From contig JBBTBZ010000013.1 of the NCBI GenBank assembly GCA_038043425.1, positions 6,197 to 70,196 on the forward strand: a stretch of 64,000 nt of DNA, read 5' to 3'. The notes beneath the pieces were generated by a model that was not told where the DNA came from, made no database searches, and saw only the letters and a list, made by a program, of their open reading frames with translations. The stretch is from Bacteroidota bacterium. GTDB lineage: Bacteria > Bacteroidota > Bacteroidia > Cytophagales > Cyclobacteriaceae. This document shows positions 57,846 through 64,000 of this stretch, piece after piece; position 1 is the first letter of the stretch, and each line of letters begins with the position of its first letter. The translations under genes and the position numbers were made by a program.

Positions 57846-57865
57846 CCTACCTGGCGGCAGGCAGG
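57846..57865. repeat. Second copy of the CCTnCCTG/CAGGCAGG palindromic motif
   Basis: CCTACCTG-GCGG-CAGGCAGG (one mismatch); compare 55205-55225. Confidence 0.4.
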
Positions 57866-57948
57866 GTGATCTAAGAAAAGGTTTTTAGAGACGCACGATA
57901 GTTTATATTTTTTATAAGAGCATTTTTGGACTTTAATACTACATCCCT

Positions 57949-60900
57949 ATGAAGAGAATTTTTACTCTTTTTGTTTCCTTAACTTTTTTACTACAACTGA
58001 GATCAGTCAGAAATTTCGTTCTCCTGTTTGCATTTGGATTGGCCTCATGGACAGCTGCCGGGCAACCAACAGTTCCCGTTTCAGGTCTAAACTTTGAGCC
58101 TGTTCCTGGTGCTAACCAATCGACTTCAATTAAAATTAATTGGACGACCAATGGCACAGGCGGTGTTGGCAGGTTAGTTGTGGTTAAGAATGCAACAGGG
58201 GCCTTTAAACCCGTGACCAACACAGACCTTACAGCTTTGGTCAATCCTGATTTTAGTGCTGGAGGTAATGATTTAGATGCTGGAACTGGGATAGCAAAAG
58301 CAGTGGCATTAATTACCGGAGGAGGCCAAACTGCTACGGTAAGTGGTCTAACTAGCGGGACGTCTTATTTTGTTCAAGTGTATGAGTTCAGTGATGCTTC
58401 AACCAGCCCCGATTATATTTTTACGACCAATGCAACAAACCCAAAAGGGTTTACCTACTATTCAGCAGATGGAAATTTTATTGTACCTATTGATGTATCA
58501 TCCGTAACCGTTCAGGCCCTTGGTGGTGGTGGCGGTGGTGGTGGTGCGGATGGGCTAAATACCAACAGTAGAGCGGGTGGTGGAGGAGCTGGAGGCTCTT
58601 ACACATTAGCGGCTGGCACCGCAGTTACTCCTGGTGCTTCAATACCAGTCGATGTTGGGGCTGGGGGCCCAGGCGGAGCCGGTGGAAATAGCTCTACTCC
58701 TGGTGTTACAGGTTTTACTTCAGACTTTGGAGGTCTTGTGACGGCCGTGGGTGGCGCAGGGGGTATAAATGCAACTTCAAGCAATGAGACAGGGGCTGGA
58801 GCTGGAACAACCATAGGCACAACGCGTAATGGTGGTGCTGGTGCTGAGGCTCCGCCTACTGGTGGAGATGACGTTATGGCAACTGCCAGCGGTGCTGGCG
58901 GGGGTGGTGCCGGTACCACAGGCGATGGTTCTCCAGCTTCCGGTTCAACGGCAGGTAACGGAGGAACTGGCGGAGGAGGAATTGGAGCTGCAGGTCTAAC
59001 AGGAATTGCGAGCGGAGCCTTCAGTCTGGGAATTGATGCTACTCAATTTGGAGGCGGTGGAAGTGGTGGGTGGGATAATAATGCAGACATCAGTCCTGCC
59101 AATGGTGGCGCGGGAGCTCAAGGGTATATTATTGTCTCCTACAACGACAACACAGCTCCAACTGCAACCATTATCCGGGAGCCCGCAACAGCGAATCCTT
59201 ATACCAACGCCACATCTGTACAGTTCAAAGTTACGTTCAATGAACCCGTTAGCAACGTAAGCGCTGATGGTTCTGATTTTACAGTGGGGGTGACTGCATC
59301 AGCTACTGCTTCAGGCATTACTGTTTCTGGTACAGGCCCTTACATTGTAACAGTGGCCACTGTTGGCGGGGAAGGAAACCTTGACCTGAATTTTGCAGGA
59401 GGACAAGACATTGTCGATCTCTCTAATAATGCCTTTGGTGGAACAACGTCAGGCGATGAAATTTACACACGTGATGTTACCTCCCCTGCCGTTTTGCAAG
59501 TTGGAAGCATTACCGCCAAAGGCGGAAATGAAGTGGCCGGATATTGGAACTCCACAAATACCACACTGGAAGTGGTTGTTCCGCTTACCGCTGCCGATGC
59601 CTCACTTGACGGAGGCGCTGTTCAAATTCAAATTCAAAATACCACTAACACCGGTTATGTATCGATTCCCGTTACAGGTATTTCAACTATTACCAATGGA
59701 GAGAGAGTAGCGGCAACAAAAACCGTTATCATTTCTGCCGCAAATCTAATTGCCGCATTTTCCTTATTGACAGGATACCAAAACCTGGAACTCCATAATA
59801 TTCAAGCGTTGGTCACTGATGCCGCAGCCGGAAACGCGGCCGCTACTTTCACGGCCAGTGCCTCCACTCTAAATGTAGACACTACACCCCCCGCCACACC
59901 CACAGCGCCTGATTTAGTGCCTGCATCAGATACCAATATAACCACTGATAATATTACCTTCGATGACACACCTACTTTTGATGTCACAGGTATTGCAACC
60001 TTTAGGCTTGAAATTTTAGAGGGAACCAACGTAATTGCTTTTACCAACTCTGCCTCTGGAATACTGGAACAGCTTACCGCAGCCCCTGCATTGGCAGAAA
60101 ACCCTTCGTACTCCATAACAGCCAGGGTATATGATGCAGCTGGTAATTTCGCCACATCACTGGCTATGTCTCCGGTTTTGAATGTGGATTTAACGCCTCC
60201 AACTGCTCCGCAAACTCCAGACATGACCACGGATACTGGATCTTCCGCAACCGATAATATTTCTAATGATAATACACCAACATTTGCCGAGACTACAAGT
60301 AACCTAAACGTAAATGGGCAGGTTATAACCATTAACAGTAGCATTGATGGAGACCTTGCACCGACCACCACCGTGGCTGGCAATGACTACACAGTTACCA
60401 TCACAACCGTAATGAGCAATGGAGATCATAACATAACTGCAACAACCAAAGACGTAGCTGGAAACATTGCCTCTTCAGGAGTATTGGCTATTACAATTGA
60501 TACACAAGTTCCATCCGTTCAATCTATTGTTCGTGCGAGTGCCAACCCCACAACTGCGGCTTCAGTAAACTATACTGTAACGTTTAATGAAAGTGTTCAG
60601 GCATCGACTGTAACCACCGCTGACTTCACTGTTACCGTTACCCTAACAGCTTTAGGAACTGATGCTGCACCTGCTCCAAGCACTGGAAATTCAGCCGTTT
60701 ATACAGTACCGGTCAATACTATTTCCGGTAATGGAACTATTAGGCTTGACAAAGCCAACACTGCTGTTACCGATGTGGCCGGTAATGCAGGTACCAACAC
60801 ATTTACAACTGGAGAAGTCTATGATGTTGATAACCTCAACCCAACGCTGACACTTACTGTCCCTGCTGCCAGTTCTTCGGTAAATACAGCCAATGTTACC

Positions 60901-63900
60901 TACACTCTGTCTGAAGACTTATCCGCTGGGGCTATTACCTGGACAAGGACTGCCGGACCAGCTGGGAACTTTACAGCTACATTAACAGGATCAGAGCTTA
61001 CTTCAGGCACCAAAACCAATATTATCCTCACCAACGCCCCTGCTTTGAACAATGGAGCAACTTATACTGTTGCCCTTAACGGCTCTGACTTGGCAACCAA
61101 TGCAGGTTCAGCATCTACTAATACGCTGGTTGTGTTTGACAATGCTGCACCCAATTTCACTGCCACGGCTCCAGTTACCAGCGCCACAGTTAGCAATGCC
61201 AATGTTTCATTTACTCCATCCGAAACCTTAACCTCAGGTTCTATCACGTGGGCGCTGGTGGCGGGAACTGATGCTGGTGCACCGCATATTCAGGCTCTTG
61301 CCGGAACAGAATTAAACACCACTGCAAAAACGAATGTAATCCTTACCAATAACCCTGTGCTAAAAAATGGCGCAACGTACGATGTTACATTTAGTGGTAC
61401 GGATGCTGCTGGTAACACAGGAACAGTTATAAGCACTGGAGTTATCTATAATGATAATGTGAATCCGACTACAGGTACAGGAACTGTTTTGGCAGTAACT
61501 GCAACAGGCGGTCACCGTCAAGTTGCACTTTATCTGAATAGTACGAATACTGGCCTGGATGTGGTTGTGCCACTCACGGCCACGGATGGAACATTGGATG
61601 GAGGTACTTTGACCTTACGAATTAAAATGACGGGTGGGGCTTTTGCTGATGTTACTGGTTCTGGCGCATCAACGATAACTAGCGCAGAACGCGCAGCAGG
61701 TTCAAAGACTCTTTTAAATGTTCTTAAATCTGATTTGATTGCTGCCGGTCTAACAGAAGGAGTTGTTTCAGGGTTGGCAGCCTCGGAAACCAGCAAGCTT
61801 ATCGTTACTGCAAAAGTGACAGACAATAACAGCAATCCTTCGGCTGATTATACTCAAAGTGTAACGCAAATTGATTATGACAACAGCCCTCCATCAGCTG
61901 TAAGTAATAATTTTACCGTTGTTCCAGGAGCAGGTAGTGGCGGTAGAGATGCTATTGAATTTGTTCCTTCAGAAATTCTCACTGATTTCGCGGCCTCTCC
62001 GGCTGAACGAATAGATACATATCTTTTTGTTAATAGTACCTCAACAGCCTATGCGGCACCGGGTTTATCTGTTGGCGGTGGTACTACTGTCGGGAATTTA
62101 AATAATGCTCAGTACAAATACATTGGAGGAACCAATACGATCGTCCCCTCTTTCATAAATGTTCACTTAGTTTACCTGGAAAGTATTGCCAATAGCGACA
62201 CATGGGATGTGGCCCAAAGTACCAAAGTACAGTATGTTCCTTTCGGAAGCGGCAGTTCGAATGCTGGTATGCTAAGGGATGCGGCAGGAAATGAAGCGGC
62301 TGCTTTTGATTTAGCTGTTTCTGCAGGATCTAATTCTACTTTAGGATCTGCCACCAGTGGGGTTGCCGCGTCTCCTCTTACCAATAGCCAAACCAATCGG
62401 GTCGTGTTTGCTTTCTCGATTACATCAACGACCTCCATTAACTTGACTGCTCTGAGCATCAAAGCCTCCAGCGATCCAGCGCTTAAGCTCAAAACTTTCA
62501 GGTTGTTTTCCAATCCTACCGGTGATAGTTACCCAGTTGGTGCTTCAGACCTTTTGTTAACAGCTACACCAACCACAACCACAGTTGATTTCAACACCAT
62601 GTCAGTAGGGCTAAGTACTACTACCCGGTATTTTTACCTGGTGGCAGATGTGGAAAATTACTTTTTCTCATCTTCTCCCACCATCCAGTTTTCTTTGCCC
62701 TCCAACAGCCTTCCTAATGCTAACGGAGGGTTCACTGTACCCGGTGGATATGCCGGTACTACTCAAACAGGAACTAATTATACTTTGCAGGATCTTACAG
62801 CCCCTACTATAGCAAGCATTACCAACCTTGTCAATCCCATTTTTGAAGGGGCTTTGACTCAATCGGTGAGGATAATTTTTAATGAGCCCATGAACAACAC
62901 CACTGCACCAGCTGCAGGTATGATAAATATTTCAGGGCCATTGAACTGGGGGGCATTTGCTGGTGGTGCCTGGAGTACAACCACACTTACTAATGATACC
63001 TACACCGTTACACTACTTCACAATGGCACTGGTCAAACCAGTTCTGAAACGTCAACGCTTACTGCAGGATCAGGTATTACAGACTGGGGTAGTAACCCGC
63101 ATATTATTGCAACATCAGCCTCATTTGATATTGATACCCAAAAGCCTTTAACCACTGCCGTAACGGCAACCCCCTCCCCTATCAATTTGACAAACCTCGC
63201 ATTGAATATTCAGGTTACGTACAATGAGCCAATGAACAATACCGTAAACCCGGTAATTACATTAAACCCAGTCAACGCGAAATTTTCGGCCGGAGTTGGA
63301 AATTGGGACGTGACTAACATGATTTATTCCATCATCTATACACATGACGGAACAAGCGAGACGAATTTGGTTGGTACTACTGTAAGCGCGAACGGAGGAA
63401 AAGATATCAAAGGTAACACACAAACTGCGGCAGGTACTTCGGGTTCATTTGTTATTGATACCGATCGCCCAACCGCTGTTTTTATTAACCGAAAGAATAG
63501 CCAATATACCAATGGCAGTTCAGTAATATTCCTTGTTCAATTTAATGAACAAGTCAGTGCACCGCTCTCTACAGATTTTACGATCGTTCCTGATGTCGGG
63601 GTGCTTGGCACTTTTATACCAATTGGAGGAATTTCAAATCCCTCGGCAGATAATCTCAATTATGAAGTCGTTGTGCAATTTACAGGCGGAGGTAACGGTG
63701 ACATTCGCCTTGATCTTAACAGTAGTTCATCTTCCATTACAGATTTTAGAGGTAACGTGCTGACCGCGGGCCGCACAGGCGATGAGGTTTATACAGTTGA
63801 CAATACTCCACCTGTAGTGAGTACGATTACTTTACCGGATGCTGACCCCAACAATACTTCATCCGTGGATTTCTCTGTTGTTTTCGATTCGGATGTAACA

Positions 63901-64000
63901 GGCGTTACTGCCGGGGACTTTGCAGCATATGGTAGCGGAGGAGCGGGAACATCCATTTCTTTTTTACCGGTTTCACCCACCACTTACACGGTTACCGTTT
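57949..64000 (+). CDS. Giant cell-surface adhesin-like protein (signal peptide, FN3-like, glycine-rich domain, many Ig-like repeats); 3' end outside the window
   Basis: ATG 57949 opens a frame that stays open to the window end (about 2017 codons), so it is absent from the ORF track, which lists only closed ORFs. It starts MKRIFTLFVSLTFLLQL... and has recurrent D(T/L)TPP(A/T)xP...TDN(I)(S/T)xDxTPTF Ig-like linkers. It is T/A/G/N-rich throughout. Confidence 0.85.
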   Translation, partial: MKRIFTLFVSLTFLLQLRSVRNFVLLFAFGLASWTAAGQPTVPVSGLNFEPVPGANQSTSIKINWTTNGTGGVGRLVVVKNATGAFKPVTNTDLTALVNPDFSAGGNDLDAGTGIAKAVALITGGGQTATVSGLTSGTSYFVQVYEFSDASTSPDYIFTTNATNPKGFTYYSADGNFIVPIDVSSVTVQALGGGGGGGGADGLNTNSRAGGGGAGGSYTLAAGTAVTPGASIPVDVGAGGPGGAGGNSSTPGVTGFTSDFGGLVTAVGGAGGINATSSNETGAGAGTTIGTTRNGGAGAEAPPTGGDDVMATASGAGGGGAGTTGDGSPASGSTAGNGGTGGGGIGAAGLTGIASGAFSLGIDATQFGGGGSGGWDNNADISPANGGAGAQGYIIVSYNDNTAPTATIIREPATANPYTNATSVQFKVTFNEPVSNVSADGSDFTVGVTASATASGITVSGTGPYIVTVATVGGEGNLDLNFAGGQDIVDLSNNAFGGTTSGDEIYTRDVTSPAVLQVGSITAKGGNEVAGYWNSTNTTLEVVVPLTAADASLDGGAVQIQIQNTTNTGYVSIPVTGISTITNGERVAATKTVIISAANLIAAFSLLTGYQNLELHNIQALVTDAAAGNAAATFTASASTLNVDTTPPATPTAPDLVPASDTNITTDNITFDDTPTFDVTGIATFRLEILEGTNVIAFTNSASGILEQLTAAPALAENPSYSITARVYDAAGNFATSLAMSPVLNVDLTPPTAPQTPDMTTDTGSSATDNISNDNTPTFAETTSNLNVNGQVITINSSIDGDLAPTTTVAGNDYTVTITTVMSNGDHNITATTKDVAGNIASSGVLAITIDTQVPSVQSIVRASANPTTAASVNYTVTFNESVQASTVTTADFTVTVTLTALGTDAAPAPSTGNSAVYTVPVNTISGNGTIRLDKANTAVTDVAGNAGTNTFTTGEVYDVDNLNPTLTLTVPAASSSVNTANVTYTLSEDLSAGAITWTRTAGPAGNFTATLTGSELTSGTKTNIILTNAPALNNGATYTVALNGSDLATNAGSASTNTLVVFDNAAPNFTATAPVTSATVSNANVSFTPSETLTSGSITWALVAGTDAGAPHIQALAGTELNTTAKTNVILTNNPVLKNGATYDVTFSGTDAAGNTGTVISTGVIYNDNVNPTTGTGTVLAVTATGGHRQVALYLNSTNTGLDVVVPLTATDGTLDGGTLTLRIKMTGGAFADVTGSGASTITSAERAAGSKTLLNVLKSDLIAAGLTEGVVSGLAASETSKLIVTAKVTDNNSNPSADYTQSVTQIDYDNSPPSAVSNNFTVVPGAGSGGRDAIEFVPSEILTDFAASPAERIDTYLFVNSTSTAYAAPGLSVGGGTTVGNLNNAQYKYIGGTNTIVPSFINVHLVYLESIANSDTWDVAQSTKVQYVPFGSGSSNAGMLRDAAGNEAAAFDLAVSAGSNSTLGSATSGVAASPLTNSQTNRVVFAFSITSTTSINLTALSIKASSDPALKLKTFRLFSNPTGDSYPVGASDLLLTATPTTTTVDFNTMSVGLSTTTRYFYLVADVENYFFSSSPTIQFSLPSNSLPNANGGFTVPGGYAGTTQTGTNYTLQDLTAPTIASITNLVNPIFEGALTQSVRIIFNEPMNNTTAPAAGMINISGPLNWGAFAGGAWSTTTLTNDTYTVTLLHNGTGQTSSETSTLTAGSGITDWGSNPHIIATSASFDIDTQKPLTTAVTATPSPINLTNLALNIQVTYNEPMNNTVNPVITLNPVNAKFSAGVGNWDVTNMIYSIIYTHDGTSETNLVGTTVSANGGKDIKGNTQTAAGTSGSFVIDTDRPTAVFINRKNSQYTNGSSVIFLVQFNEQVSAPLSTDFTIVPDVGVLGTFIPIGGISNPSADNLNYEVVVQFTGGGNGDIRLDLNSSSSSITDFRGNVLTAGRTGDEVYTVDNTPPVVSTITLPDADPNNTSSVDFSVVFDSDVTGVTAGDFAAYGSGGAGTSISFLPVSPTTYTVTV
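60844..61470 (+). repeat. Two tandem ~103-codon modules inside the adhesin gene
   Basis: Module A (60844-61153) has ..ANVTYTLSEDLSAGAITWTRTAG..LTGSELTSGTKTNIILTNAPALNNGATYTVALNGSDLATNAG. Module B (61154-61470) has ..ANVSFTPSETLTSGSITWALVAG..LAGTELNTTAKTNVILTNNPVLKNGATYDVTFSGTDAAGNTG. Confidence 0.7.

Noticed and set aside
58599-58919. Pro/Ala-rich 106-aa minus-strand ORF, and the other minus- or off-frame ORFs listed between 57939 and 63983
   Set aside because: They are antisense or out-of-frame shadows of the single long + strand adhesin frame (57949 to the window end). Gly codons GGN read as Pro on the opposite strand. None has a plausible start context or recognisable motif.
58520-59000. 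Repetitive GGTGGTGG-type DNA, considered as a possible CRISPR or microsatellite
   Set aside because: The repeats are irregular, have no repeat-spacer periodicity and are in-frame glycine codons of the adhesin gene. No CRISPR array was seen anywhere in the window.

Overview
The window reads as a mostly housekeeping chromosomal segment from an AT-rich Bacteroidota-type genome. The taxon guess rests on TAnnTTTG -7 promoter boxes, a remnant of a T9SS type-B sorting domain, many lipoprotein and outer-membrane genes, lpxK and menaquinone genes. All calls come from reading the supplied ORF translations and the DNA by eye; no similarity search was possible, so family names are motif-based recollections. 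I support about 50 CDS, one tRNA-Ser(CGA), several gene remnants, a few hairpins and promoter boxes, and no CRISPR, rRNA or transposase. Recognisable blocks, in order: (1) hypD(partial)-hypE. (2) A desaturase, an outer-membrane (OM) channel, a lipoprotein and a TerB/FHA-like ABCG-type fusion transporter. (3) ppc. (4) tesA divergent from a ybbA/ybbP-like ABC pair. (5) A co-directional qNor-fragment / RIC / class II RNR cluster. (6) An oxoamine synthase - GNAT - SDR operon resembling bacterial ceramide or sulfonolipid synthesis. (7) queD, tRNA-Ser, miaE, lpxK and nif3. (8) menF-D-B-E converging on menC, with an XRE-S24 repressor pair in between. (9) queA. The most unusual stretch is 47.3-55.2 kb. 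It holds a 1051-aa nucleotide-translocase-like membrane domain fused to HEAT repeats and a cNMP-binding domain. Next comes a 480-aa protein built from three tandem TIR/DUF4062-like modules. Five bp later comes a 1057-aa STAND-type P-loop NTPase with a single TM helix, an A/E/K/Q coiled coil and WD40 repeats. I consider this a candidate uncharacterised TIR + STAND conflict or signalling system. It is followed by a GC-rich palindromic intergenic element, an OM barrel, a propeller-like lipoprotein and the first ~2017 codons of a giant Ig-repeat adhesin. That adhesin has an embedded glycine-rich domain, and the track missed it because it has no stop in the window.
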